Notes under the pieces: model-generated
What the model was told of the DNA's origin: nothing
Databases searched by the model: none
What the model saw: only the letters and a program-made list of their open reading frames with translations
Part shown: piece by piece, positions 19,150-29,055 of the stretch
Layout: the number at the start of each line of letters is the position of its first letter
Numbering within the stretch: the stretch's first letter is position 1
NCBI GenBank assembly: GCA_900544275.1
Contig: UQUU01000006.1
Coordinates: 40,742 to 104,741 of the forward strand
Direction of reading: 5' to 3'
Origin: an uncultured Succiniclasticum sp.
Lineage (GTDB): Bacteria > Bacillota > Negativicutes > Acidaminococcales > Acidaminococcaceae
DNA: 64,000 nucleotides
Position numbers and translations under genes: made by a program

Positions 19150-19188
19150 AGAGTGTGTACCCGTTAAAAGGCACACGCTCTGTTTTTT
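19143..19188 (-). terminator. Terminator downstream of adhesin 2
   Basis: cagagtgtgtacc-N7-ggcacacgctctg followed by a T6 run. It shares its 5' half with the adhesin 1 terminator. Confidence 0.5.
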
Positions 19189-19305
19189 AGGTTTTTGTTC
19201 ATTCGCTATTGTCTGGGAACCATTGTACAAAACTGCGAACCGGGATGTGACTGCGCAACACCGCTTCTCATCTTATACAACAAAACTCAAATCTGCACAA
19301 CCATG

Positions 19306-22300
19306 TCATTTCGCCGCTACCTGAATTTTAGAGCCATATGTATCTCGTTCCTGCGTATTTTCATTATTCACGCGTACACGTTCAATCTTGTTCCTGTCAT
19401 TATCCTTACCGTATACACGATCTACACGGATTCGCCCCATTTCCGGCGCAAATTCTTTCAACGCACGAGCATCTACATTAGCTCCGTTTTCCATGGCGCG
19501 GTACAAAAGAGCAGCAAATTCATACCGGGTCATCATTCGGTTGCCGGCAAAGCTGCCATCCGGATACCCTTTAATGATGCCGTTGCCGGCCAGTTTCGCA
19601 ATGTATTCATACGCCCAGTGATTTTCCGGTACATCCGGGAACAGCTTCGTCATTTCCGGATCCAGCATCCAGTTCCCGTTCGCACGGGCCGCCTTCAGTT
19701 CCGTAATTTCCTTACGCAGATCCATGATTTCGCGAGCCATGGCTGTGCGGCTGGTAGTAATATGGCTCTTGCGATCCAGCGCAAAAGTCACGCCGGCATT
19801 CACCATATTTTCTCCGCCACCTACGGAAGCCCCAATATTGAACATCGTATTTTCGTCAGGACGGTAGAACGCGCCGATTGCCCCTGCATGAGAGCCTTTA
19901 TAGCTGCCATAGCCGGCGGATACGTTCCACTTATCATCGGGGTCGAAATCCAGCGGATGCATGGCTGCCAAAGCCGCCGCACCGGCGCCCACTTTGTTGA
20001 CACGACCGTCCAGTTTGCTGATCTGGTTGCCCAACTCGTTCAGGCCCTTGCCCGCATCTTCTGCCAGTTTGCCCAGTTGACCAACGGTAGCCGCATCATG
20101 CGCATCAACACCGTCTGCCACGTTGGTGATCTTCTTATTACCTGCGTCAATGCCATTTTTCGTAATGGTTACACCTGGCTTACCATCGGCGCCCCGGACA
20201 GAGATGCCGTCCTTATTTACCTGGGTACCGCCGGCATTAAGGCTGTCCACATTCAGATTCTTATTCAGCGCAACCGTATATTTATTTTCATTCTGACCTT
20301 CGGTCTTGTTCACGACAATATTTTCATCGCCGCTTTCAACCGTAGTGATCTTCGCGTTTGCACTCATCTGATCCATGGCCAACTGCAGCTGTTCTTCGGT
20401 AGCTGCCCGCTTACTGGTAGCAAAACCTGCCACGTTCAGGGACGTATTCGTCAAGCCGGTAACTTCGCCTTTGCCATCTTTACCATTCACCGCAACGCCG
20501 CCCACCTGAATCTTTTTATCAAGGCTGACTGTGTAGGTAGTGGAACCGTCGGCTTCTTTCTTATCTGCAACTTTCACACCGGTAACGGCATCTCCAGTAA
20601 CCTGTACCTTGTTCGCTTTAATTTGACCTTCCAGCGTATCAACTTTATCAAGTTTATCTTTCGCCGCCTTATTCAGGCCAATCTTGACATCATTGCCGTC
20701 TGCAGTCACTTCCGTATAGCTACCCGCTACGAAATTTACTACGTTGTCTTTACCAATGACGCGCTCATTTTTGCCATTCACCTGCAGCTTCCAGGCGCTG
20801 GCCTGCGACAAGTTACTGGTAATATTTGTAATAGCCGTATTCCCGGTCAGGTCAATCTTAGAGCCGTCAATACCATACTTCACGGTATTCCCTTCGCGTT
20901 TTACCGTCAGGCCTTTGTCCGCTTCGGCCACGTCAAACCTGATTGCCGGCGTTTCGTTGCCGTCCAGCGCGATCTTCGCGCCTGTGCTCTCCGTTCCCGC
21001 TCTCAGCTCAAAACCGCGGCTCAGATTGTTGGTGATGTTCGTCACGGTCGTGTTACTGCTCAGGTCGATATTCTTACCCAGATTGGCGTTAGCCTTTACA
21101 GTCACGGTAGCGCCATCAGACGCATGGGCCACATCCACATCAATTTTGCCGGCTTCGCCTTGGAACTTGATGTTCTGTTTGGTATCGCCGCCCAACGCGA
21201 TGTTCTGTTTCTCGCCTGCAGCGTTGCTGACGGTGAAGCCGTCTTGCAGCGCCTTAATATCAGTGGTAACGTCGGCATTGACAGCTTTCAGCTGACGCAG
21301 ATTCACGGCATCAGTGTCTTCCGTGCCGTCGGCCACGTTGATGATCTGGCGCAGGAAGGGGATTTTGCGGCCCCCCAATCCCTCATAGACGCCACCCACA
21401 GAAACAACTCCGTTGACGACACTGTTAGATCCCATGGCGTGGTACACTTGCGCGCCCCCAATATCGTCTTTGAAGTACAGTTTTTGACCGCTGAAAGGAG
21501 CGACAACTTTCTTGCCATCGGCATATTTCGTCTGTTCATCTATTGGTTGTTCTGGGTGTTCTGGGTCAACTATTGGGTGTTTGGGGTCAACCTGGCGCCA
21601 TGGCCTTGTCCACGAGCCGAGACCGACGCTGCCAGGGCGATCCACCTGGGACTTATGGCCCAGTGCCACACCGCCGAAGTCCATGAAAGACGTGCTTTCG
21701 GGCAGGTTCAGTTTGCCGTTGCCGACCGATGCCCCGGGACCGAGAGCAACGGAGTAACGACCTTTCACAACAACATCGGAACCAATACCGACGGAGGAAA
21801 TAGGATGAACCGTTTCTTCCCCATCGTTTTTAAACAGCGCTTTGGTTGAGGCGTTGGATCCGATAATAATATTTTGGGTATTTGCGGCGTGAGCCTTATA
21901 GCCCATGGCGATGGTGCCGTTGCCTGCGGCATAGGCCTGCCGTCCCACGGCAAGACCGGCATCATCCCGATTGTCGTTTCTGCTGTATCGATTGTAGTTT
22001 CCGATGGCTTTCGCACCGTCACCGATGGCAATTCCGTAAGACTTTTTCTCCTTTGTTGTGTGATTCAGCAGCGCCCCGTAGTACCCCGCTGTGGCTTTGC
22101 GCCCGATGGCAACGCTGCCTTCGGTGCCGGCCTGCGAACTGTCGCCTACGGCCACTGCCCCGTCGCCTGCGATGTTGTGTGCTGTAGTTAAGCTCGCTCC
22201 TCCCCCCAAAGATTCCGTAGCAAAACGAGTGCCTGTCACAGCGTTCTTGCCGATGGCCACACTGCCGTTGCCCGCCGCCGAAGCGTCGCTACCCAGCGCC

Positions 22301-25300
22301 ACGGCATGGTCGCTGCTGATCTTCTCTGGCGTTTTCCACGGCTCAACTTCGAGCTCCAATGTCCGGGCTTTCTGTCCTACGGCGATAGAACCAGTGCTTT
22401 TTGCTCCGTCGTTATTCCAGTTAGTACCCACGGGATTGGCGCTGTCGTCGGCCTTGACGGAGAAGTAGTGTACAGCCCCCTCAGTCACCTGTTTATTCAG
22501 CGCCTTGAGCTGTGCCACGTTGACGGCGTCGGTGTCTTTCGCACCTGCGGCGAGGTTGGTGATCTGGCGGGTGTTATCGGCATTGCCTACGGATACAGCA
22601 GCCTTGCCAGATGTCCATACTGGATTCTTTTTCTCTGTGGATGATTTTCCGGTGGACGGATCATAACCAGACACGCCCGCTTCGGTATTAGCCACGGAGT
22701 CGGCGCCCAGAGCTACCCCGCCGGCTTTCTGCACGTCTGCGTTGTGCCCGATCAGCACGGCGTCGGCGGCTTTCAGTTCCGTTCCGTTTTCTGTGTCAGC
22801 CGCTCCGAGTACGATGCTTCCGTTCGCTCCCGTCAGTTTCCTGTTGTCACCGAGCAAAATGGCATTTTTCGTATTGCTCAGCTTATTGTTGGAGCCGATG
22901 ACGGACACGTGTTGAACGTTTTCCGCCGTGTTCGCAAAGCCGTCAAGCATGTTATATTCGCTTGGCGTATTACTCGTCCCTGTCAATTTGTTGCCCACAC
23001 CCACTACTTTGGAAAGCAAGGCGTAGTCCGCCGTATTGGCTCCGCCGATGGCCAGTACGGATCCGCCGCTTTCTTTCACCATACCGCCAAGTACATCAAT
23101 CATGTCGGTATTATCACCGTTATCGATTGCTTTTTGTAACGCCTCGCTCGCCGCATTTACATCAAAGGGCGTAGTACCGGCCGATACCTCTCTGTAAGAA
23201 TTGGTGACTTTATTGCCGGCGCCGAAGATCAGTGCGCCGTTGGCGTTCTCTGTCCTGTTCGCCACACCGACAATGCTATTGGCTACTCCGTCAAAGCGAA
23301 CGTCGTCTTTTCCGGCAATCGTATTAAACGAGCCATATATAGAGGACGTCGCTCCTTGGAATCCTGTTGTGTATCCGGTTGCCCCGTTCCCCTGAATCTG
23401 GTTAAACGCACCGGTTGCAGCAGAAGCCGTCCCGTTTGCCACTGCGCCCGCGCCGGCTGCCAGTGCCATGCCGCCCTTCGCGCCGTCATTGTTGTAGTTG
23501 CCCACGGGGCTATTACCATCATTCACATGGTAATAGTGGGTACGTTGGTTGTCTGTTTTTTGGCTCAGCGCTTTCAGCTGCGCCACGTTGACGGCGTCAT
23601 TATCAGCAGCACCGCCGGCCACATTTGTGATACGACGATAATTTTTAGCAACTGTCGTATCGCCTACCTTGTATTCTTCATTGCCAACGGATACCACACC
23701 ATTTTCTTTTGCGAAGGCCTCATTGGATAAATAAGCCTTGGTTGCTACGTCATCTGCAATATTGGCAAGTGAATTTGCACCGAGAGCCACAGAGTTATCG
23801 GAAGCGGCACGCGCATGGGAGCCTATCGCTGCTGATTTTGTTACAGAAGTTGTCCCATCCAGCGTGGAGGTAATCGCATAATCGCCTAACGCCATGGAAC
23901 TTTCACCGATAGAACGTGCCCAATGGCCGATCGCCACGGAATCCTTGCCTTCCGCTCTTGCCTGCTTGCCAAGCGCATTTGCATAATGACCGATCGCCTT
24001 TGACATGACACCGATTGATACCGTATTTGTATCAAAAGCTTCTGCCCCTGCACCCAAAGCGGTGTCCTGATAGCCAAATGCTTTTGCACCAAATCCCACC
24101 GCCGTGGAATTCATCGTTTCCTTGCCCGGCGCAACGACAGTATCATCATCCACTGGCGTAAAGTAATTATTGGAAACACCGATATTCGGCGTAGTTCCAT
24201 CGGGTGCCTGCTTACCGATATAGGCACTTCGTCCTATCGCCGTGCCATTCCATGCAGTAGCATCCGTCGTCGCTTTTGCGCCGAATACTGCCGTATGGGC
24301 CGCGCCTGCCTTAGACTGTGCGCCAACAGCAAGAGATACATCACCCAAAGCCTTTGCCTCACGCCCATATGCTGCAGAATCATTAGTTTTTGCATCGGAA
24401 AGAATACCAATCGCCAGGGAATTGGCTCCTTCCGCCTTTGCACCATACGCCATGGCAACTGCTGTAGAAGCCTTTGCTTCTGATTGACGTCCAATAGCTA
24501 CACCAAAACCACCTGTAGCCTTTGCACCTAAACCTATAGAAATATCCTGTACGCCTGCTTCTGCACCACTACCTATAGCAATAGCAGCTTCACCAGTTGT
24601 CTTGGGCGCAGAAAACTCTGCTCCATCACTTCCTAATGCGATGCTATGTTTTCCATCTGCTTTTGCTCCACGGCCAATAGCTATCGCTTTCGCTCCTGTA
24701 GCCCCATCATTATTCCAGTTCGTATTCTCAGGCTTGGCGCTGTCGTCGGCAGCCACGGAGAAATAGTGCACGGCGCCTTCGTCAACTTTGCCGCTCAGCG
24801 CTTTGAGCTGTGCCACGTTGACGGCGTCGGTGTCTTCAGTGCCGGCGGCGAGGTTGGTGATTTGGCGGGTGCCGTCGTTTCTGCCCACGGACACGGCGCC
24901 GAAAACGGATTTATACGAAGCGAGCAGTTCGTTTTTCTTGCTTTTGGCAGTGTTTAAAGTGTTTTTGGCGTTCCTCAGAGCTTGTTTATTGGCGTCGCTC
25001 TGGTCTGCGTCGTAGGCCTGCTGTGCTGCGGTCACGGCGGTCTGTGCGTTGGCGATATTCGTCTCGGCCGCCGTCAGTTCGGCGGTTTTCCCCAGTGCGG
25101 CAGCCACGGCCGCGTCGTTGGCAAATGCGGCGCCGGTAACGGGGTCGTAACCTAAAACGTCCTTGCCACGGTTCGCTACAGACTTGGCGCCCAGCGCCAC
25201 ACCGCCGGCTACCATTGCCTGAGAATCATATCCCAGCGCCAGTGCCTGTTTAGCTTCAGCGCTACTCCAGGCGCCCAGAGCCACGCTGCCTGACGCCTTT

Positions 25301-27543
25301 GCCTGAGAGTCATATCCCATTGACGCAGCCATTAGAGCCTGGGCTTTGCTCTCCACGCCCAAAGCTATCGTGTAGTCTTCGGTGGCTGCGGATTCGGTCC
25401 CCACAGCCAACGCACCGTAGCCGGAAACGTTCAGATCGTTGCCTAAAGCCACGCCCTTGTCTTCATCGCCGCTCACTGTATTGTGATGTCCGAAAGCGAC
25501 ACCGCCGTAAGCTGATACCGTTGTATTCGTGCCCACAACCACACCGCCGCCGTTTACCGTGTTTGTGAGGCCCACAACCACGTTCTCGTCATCGCCGTGC
25601 CCTTTGAATTTCGTATACTTCCACTCAGTGCCGACCCGCTCTGCCGTATAGCCGACAAGGTTTCCTACCCCGATAACGGTGTTGCGTTCACCGGCTACGT
25701 GAGTCAATAGTTTGTCGGTACCATTCTGATAGTCTGTGCCGAAAACCGCATTCCGCGCGCCTTCCACCGTCAAATTTTGTCCGACCACAATGCTGTTGTT
25801 TTCGCCGTCCCTCTCAACACCGCGGGCATTAGGTTGATTAGAAAGTGTATTGTTATTTCCGAGGACAGTGCTGTTTTTGGCTTTCTCAGAAATGGAAGAA
25901 GAAATGCCGATAACCATACTGTCCGCAGCCTTGGCGCCATCGTTGGCGTAGTTGGTCCCGGCGCCCTGTTGATCGCTCTTGACGGAATAATAGTGCACGG
26001 CGCCTTCGTCAACTTTGCCGCTCAGTGCCTTGAGCTGCGCCACGTTGACGGCGTCGGTGTCTTCGCTGCCTGCGGCTACGCCCGTAATCTGGCGGGTCCG
26101 GCCCGTAGAAGCGTCGCCCACGGACACGGCGGCGACGCCGGATTTCCAAGACGCCAGCATGGTGCGCTTTTCTTCCTGAGAGGCGTTCAGTTGTCTGGTC
26201 GCCTCATTAAGCTCGGTTGCAGCCTGCGACCAGGCGTCATACAGTTGCCCCGACAAAGTGCCGTCCTGATTATTATAGTAAGCAGCCTTTGCGGTGTCAT
26301 AAGCAGCTTTTTTCTCGTTATAAGTTGCCTGTTGGGCGTCAATGGTCGTATTCAGCGTTTCCAGCTCGGAGCTTTTACCCAATACGGTGGCAATTTCGGC
26401 GTCACTGGCATAGACGGCGCCGCTTTTCGGGTTGTAGCCGCGCGTAAAGCCGGCGCGGTCGGCTATGGATTTGCTGCCGAGAGCCACGCTGTCGGCAAGC
26501 TGCGCCGAGGCGTCTTTGCCGATGGCGGCGGCGTTCTTGGCATCAGCCGACACGAGCCCGCCACTGAGAGCCGTGGAGTTGTCCGCCAAAGCTTTGGAGC
26601 TATTGCCGGCGGCGAGACTGGCGTCGCCCTTTGCCTCCGTCCAGCCGTTGAGCGCCACGGAATCCTGGCCGCTGGCCTTTGTGGAATGGCCTAAAGCGAC
26701 GGAGTTTTTGCCGAAAGCTTTCGTAGAATCGCCCATGGCGACGGAATTTTTGCCGCTGGCAATCAGTTCGGGTTCTTCACTGGGGTTGCGTCGCCACCCT
26801 TCGCCGAAGGCGAAGGAGTTTGCGCCTGCAGCGAGAACGCCGCGGCCGAAGGCAAAGGCATTGTCGTTGGTAGCCATGCTTGCAGAGCCGCCAGAAAAGG
26901 CGTTCAGTCCGTCGGCGACGGTATAGTGACCTGTGGCGATGGCGTTGGTTTTCGCCGCGGCCGTGGCGAAGCCGAGAGCGGTGGCATAGCCGTAATCTTT
27001 ATGGCCGTCCGCCTTTTTGAACCGCGCGCCGCCCGTAGGCGCCAGTTCGGTCGCGTAGGTCACGTTGATGACATTGCCGTCGGCGTCTTTGATTTCGTTC
27101 CGTTCCAGCTCGATGCCGGCAAGGGTCAGACAGCCGAGGGCCGTGTTGCCGCCGTCAAGTCCCAGCAGCGTGTCGGACCTGTTTGTCCCCACCTGATTGT
27201 AACGACCGTAAATATTTTGCATATATTGACTGAACGTGCCGTAGTTTTGCACGCTGTTGTCGATAATAAAGCCGTCGATATTGACGATGCGGCTGAACTT
27301 AGAGTCATCGACTTTGCTACTGTCAATAGTAATAGCGCCGATTTTGCCGACATTGTCAGTCGGCGCAAGATCTGTGGCATAGACCACCCCATGTCCGGCA
27401 GTCAACATAAAGGCTGTCACCAGCGCTGCCAAAGAAATAGCAGGTTTTGCCGATTTGCATTTAGAATGTCTCTTTGCCAGCTCTGAAACCACCACATAAC
27501 AGGCTTTTACTTTGCTCCAGATCACCTTGTAAATTTTATTCAT
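19306..27543 (-). CDS. Giant trimeric autotransporter adhesin with C-terminal SLH domain, TAA2
   Basis: Extended signal peptide MNKIYKVIWSKVKACYVVVSELAK. At least 5 near-identical connector repeats (..GTRQITN[LV]AAG.EDTDAVNVAQLKALSGKVDEGAVHY[FY]SV). YadA anchor at about 19776-20040. SLH domain at about 19492-19680 (NGNWMLDPEMTKLFPDVPENHWAYEYIAKLAGNGIIKGYPDGSFAGNRMMTRYEFAALLYRAM), the usual outer-membrane-to-peptidoglycan tether in Negativicutes. The track ORF extends to 27552. Confidence 0.85.
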   Translation of the reverse strand: MNKIYKVIWSKVKACYVVVSELAKRHSKCKSAKPAISLAALVTAFMLTAGHGVVYATDLAPTDNVGKIGAITIDSSKVDDSKFSRIVNIDGFIIDNSVQNYGTFSQYMQNIYGRYNQVGTNRSDTLLGLDGGNTALGCLTLAGIELERNEIKDADGNVINVTYATELAPTGGARFKKADGHKDYGYATALGFATAAAKTNAIATGHYTVADGLNAFSGGSASMATNDNAFAFGRGVLAAGANSFAFGEGWRRNPSEEPELIASGKNSVAMGDSTKAFGKNSVALGHSTKASGQDSVALNGWTEAKGDASLAAGNSSKALADNSTALSGGLVSADAKNAAAIGKDASAQLADSVALGSKSIADRAGFTRGYNPKSGAVYASDAEIATVLGKSSELETLNTTIDAQQATYNEKKAAYDTAKAAYYNNQDGTLSGQLYDAWSQAATELNEATRQLNASQEEKRTMLASWKSGVAAVSVGDASTGRTRQITGVAAGSEDTDAVNVAQLKALSGKVDEGAVHYYSVKSDQQGAGTNYANDGAKAADSMVIGISSSISEKAKNSTVLGNNNTLSNQPNARGVERDGENNSIVVGQNLTVEGARNAVFGTDYQNGTDKLLTHVAGERNTVIGVGNLVGYTAERVGTEWKYTKFKGHGDDENVVVGLTNTVNGGGVVVGTNTTVSAYGGVAFGHHNTVSGDEDKGVALGNDLNVSGYGALAVGTESAATEDYTIALGVESKAQALMAASMGYDSQAKASGSVALGAWSSAEAKQALALGYDSQAMVAGGVALGAKSVANRGKDVLGYDPVTGAAFANDAAVAAALGKTAELTAAETNIANAQTAVTAAQQAYDADQSDANKQALRNAKNTLNTAKSKKNELLASYKSVFGAVSVGRNDGTRQITNLAAGTEDTDAVNVAQLKALSGKVDEGAVHYFSVAADDSAKPENTNWNNDGATGAKAIAIGRGAKADGKHSIALGSDGAEFSAPKTTGEAAIAIGSGAEAGVQDISIGLGAKATGGFGVAIGRQSEAKASTAVAMAYGAKAEGANSLAIGILSDAKTNDSAAYGREAKALGDVSLAVGAQSKAGAAHTAVFGAKATTDATAWNGTAIGRSAYIGKQAPDGTTPNIGVSNNYFTPVDDDTVVAPGKETMNSTAVGFGAKAFGYQDTALGAGAEAFDTNTVSIGVMSKAIGHYANALGKQARAEGKDSVAIGHWARSIGESSMALGDYAITSTLDGTTSVTKSAAIGSHARAASDNSVALGANSLANIADDVATKAYLSNEAFAKENGVVSVGNEEYKVGDTTVAKNYRRITNVAGGAADNDAVNVAQLKALSQKTDNQRTHYYHVNDGNSPVGNYNNDGAKGGMALAAGAGAVANGTASAATGAFNQIQGNGATGYTTGFQGATSSIYGSFNTIAGKDDVRFDGVANSIVGVANRTENANGALIFGAGNKVTNSYREVSAGTTPFDVNAASEALQKAIDNGDNTDMIDVLGGMVKESGGSVLAIGGANTADYALLSKVVGVGNKLTGTSNTPSEYNMLDGFANTAENVQHVSVIGSNNKLSNTKNAILLGDNRKLTGANGSIVLGAADTENGTELKAADAVLIGHNADVQKAGGVALGADSVANTEAGVSGYDPSTGKSSTEKKNPVWTSGKAAVSVGNADNTRQITNLAAGAKDTDAVNVAQLKALNKQVTEGAVHYFSVKADDSANPVGTNWNNDGAKSTGSIAVGQKARTLELEVEPWKTPEKISSDHAVALGSDASAAGNGSVAIGKNAVTGTRFATESLGGGASLTTAHNIAGDGAVAVGDSSQAGTEGSVAIGRKATAGYYGALLNHTTKEKKSYGIAIGDGAKAIGNYNRYSRNDNRDDAGLAVGRQAYAAGNGTIAMGYKAHAANTQNIIIGSNASTKALFKNDGEETVHPISSVGIGSDVVVKGRYSVALGPGASVGNGKLNLPESTSFMDFGGVALGHKSQVDRPGSVGLGSWTRPWRQVDPKHPIVDPEHPEQPIDEQTKYADGKKVVAPFSGQKLYFKDDIGGAQVYHAMGSNSVVNGVVSVGGVYEGLGGRKIPFLRQIINVADGTEDTDAVNLRQLKAVNADVTTDIKALQDGFTVSNAAGEKQNIALGGDTKQNIKFQGEAGKIDVDVAHASDGATVTVKANANLGKNIDLSSNTTVTNITNNLSRGFELRAGTESTGAKIALDGNETPAIRFDVAEADKGLTVKREGNTVKYGIDGSKIDLTGNTAITNITSNLSQASAWKLQVNGKNERVIGKDNVVNFVAGSYTEVTADGNDVKIGLNKAAKDKLDKVDTLEGQIKANKVQVTGDAVTGVKVADKKEADGSTTYTVSLDKKIQVGGVAVNGKDGKGEVTGLTNTSLNVAGFATSKRAATEEQLQLAMDQMSANAKITTVESGDENIVVNKTEGQNENKYTVALNKNLNVDSLNAGGTQVNKDGISVRGADGKPGVTITKNGIDAGNKKITNVADGVDAHDAATVGQLGKLAEDAGKGLNELGNQISKLDGRVNKVGAGAAALAAMHPLDFDPDDKWNVSAGYGSYKGSHAGAIGAFYRPDENTMFNIGASVGGGENMVNAGVTFALDRKSHITTSRTAMAREIMDLRKEITELKAARANGNWMLDPEMTKLFPDVPENHWAYEYIAKLAGNGIIKGYPDGSFAGNRMMTRYEFAALLYRAMENGANVDARALKEFAPEMGRIRVDRVYGKDNDRNKIERVRVNNENTQERDTYGSKIQVAAK

Positions 27544-27667
27544 TGTGCACATCCCCTTCCTCTTATACTCGACGTAATCGTTGTAGAATAGTGGAAATAA
27601 CTTTTCTTAATGAAATTATAATCAGTATGATTCTGTCTGTCAAATTTTAATTTTCAGTTTTTTTATT

Positions 27668-27713
27668 TCGTAAATTGCAATAAGAAGTTGCACACTTTTT
27701 ATTGCAATTTACG
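27668..27713. promoter_or_regulatory. Perfect 15-bp inverted repeat (tcgtaaattgcaata-N16-tattgcaatttacga) in the AT-rich region upstream of TAA2
   Basis: Read from the sequence. It lies about 115-160 bp upstream of the TAA2 start. On the dnaJ transcript it is not followed by a U-run, so it looks like an operator rather than a terminator. Confidence 0.3.
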
Positions 27714-27818
27714 ACTTTTACTTTTCATTTTTTCTCGTATTTTTCTACATATCCCATGTTACCTCTTCTTTTGTTGTATTTGTGCTTGCAGTATACTATT
27801 TAGTAATCAAAAATACAA

Positions 27819-27869
27819 TATCCCCCTTACACAAGCTTTGGCTAGGGCCTTGGCTGTATAAGGGGGATA
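27819..27869 (-). terminator. Rho-independent terminator of the dnaK operon (after dnaJ)
   Basis: tatcccccttaca...tgtataagggggata stem of 13-15 bp. On the minus-strand RNA it is followed by UAUUGUAUUUUUGAUU. Confidence 0.6.
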
Positions 27870-27875
27870 ATTTGA

Positions 27876-29033
27876 TTATTTAAACAAGTCTTTGATTTTG
27901 TCCATAAACCCTTTTTCTTCCGGGTTGATGTTGTCTTTGGCCACGTCGGCAAAGTTTTGCAGAGCGGTCTTTTGGCGTTCGTTCAGTTTGGTGGGTACCA
28001 CCACCTTGATGCGTACCAGCTGATCGCCCCGTCCGGAGCCCCGCAAACGGGGGATACCTTTACCCCGCAGGCGCATGACACGTCCGGGTTGGGTCCCTTC
28101 CGGTATTTTCATGACCACTTTGCCGTCCAGGGTGGGCACTTCCACTTCTGCGCCCAGAGTGGCCTGGACGATGTTGATGGGGACTTCACAGTATACGTCG
28201 TTGCCGTCCCGTTCAAAGAATTTATGCCGTTTGACGAAGAGGTATACATACAGATCGCCATGGGGGCCGCCTTTGGCTCCGGCTGCCCCTTCGCTGGCCA
28301 CCCGCAGGCGGGAACCGTCGTCCACGCCGGCAGGCACTTTCACTTTCAGGGTCTTGACTTTTTCTACGGTGCCGCTGCCATGACAGTCGTGGCAGGGGTC
28401 GGATACGATCTTCCCTTCCCCGTGGCATTTAGGACAGGGACGCACGGTCTGCATCTGCCCCAACATGGTGTTTTGGACCACGCGGATCTGACCGGTGCCG
28501 TGGCAATCCGGACAGGTCTCCACTTTGGAGCCGGGTTCCGCCCCGGTACCGTGGCAATGGTCACACTGCTCGTCCCGGGAGAGGGAAATCTCTTTTTCTA
28601 CACCGAAAGCCGCTTCTTCAAAGGTCAGGTGCAGGTCAAAGCGCAGGTCCGCCCCGCGCTGAGGGCCCCGGTTGGCCGCTCCGCCGCCCCGGCGTCCACC
28701 GGCGCCGCCGAAGAACATGTCGAAAATGTCTTCCATACCGCCGCCGCCAAAACCGCTGAAGCCCTCAAATCCGCCAAAGCCGGCGGCTCCCGGGCCACCG
28801 CCGTTTTCAAAGGCCGCCATGCCGAACTGGTCATACTGGGCGCGCTTTTGTTCATCGGAAAGCACGCTGTAGGCTTCGCTGCATTCTTTAAATTTTTCTG
28901 CCGCTTCGGGGTTATCCTTGTTTACGTCAGGATGGTACTTGCGCGCCAGTTTCCGATATGCTTTTTTGATATCGTCGGCGCTGGCGTCTTTAGCGACGCC
29001 CAGCACCTCGTAAAAATCTCGTTTTTCTGCCAA
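27876..29033 (-). CDS. dnaJ: Molecular chaperone DnaJ
   Basis: J-domain (HPD), G/F region, four CxxCxGxG zinc-finger repeats and a C-terminal domain. The start is TTG. Confidence 0.95.
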   Translation of the reverse strand: MAEKRDFYEVLGVAKDASADDIKKAYRKLARKYHPDVNKDNPEAAEKFKECSEAYSVLSDEQKRAQYDQFGMAAFENGGGPGAAGFGGFEGFSGFGGGGMEDIFDMFFGGAGGRRGGGAANRGPQRGADLRFDLHLTFEEAAFGVEKEISLSRDEQCDHCHGTGAEPGSKVETCPDCHGTGQIRVVQNTMLGQMQTVRPCPKCHGEGKIVSDPCHDCHGSGTVEKVKTLKVKVPAGVDDGSRLRVASEGAAGAKGGPHGDLYVYLFVKRHKFFERDGNDVYCEVPINIVQATLGAEVEVPTLDGKVVMKIPEGTQPGRVMRLRGKGIPRLRGSGRGDQLVRIKVVVPTKLNERQKTALQNFADVAKDNINPEEKGFMDKIKDLFK

Positions 29034-29055
29034 TTCTCACACCATCCTGCCGGGG

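Noticed and set aside
19195-21849. 884-aa ORF on the + strand, antisense to the TAA2 adhesin gene
   Set aside because: It lies entirely inside and opposite the strongly supported adhesin CDS. It is Arg/Phe/Ile-rich and low-complexity with no RBS. Such long antisense frames are typical in GC-rich repetitive coding DNA. The same applies to the ORFs at 20744-21295 and 22744-23139.
25777-26694. 305-aa ORF on the + strand inside TAA2
   Set aside because: Antisense artefact as above. No start context, and the composition mirrors the Ala/Gly-rich adhesin codons.
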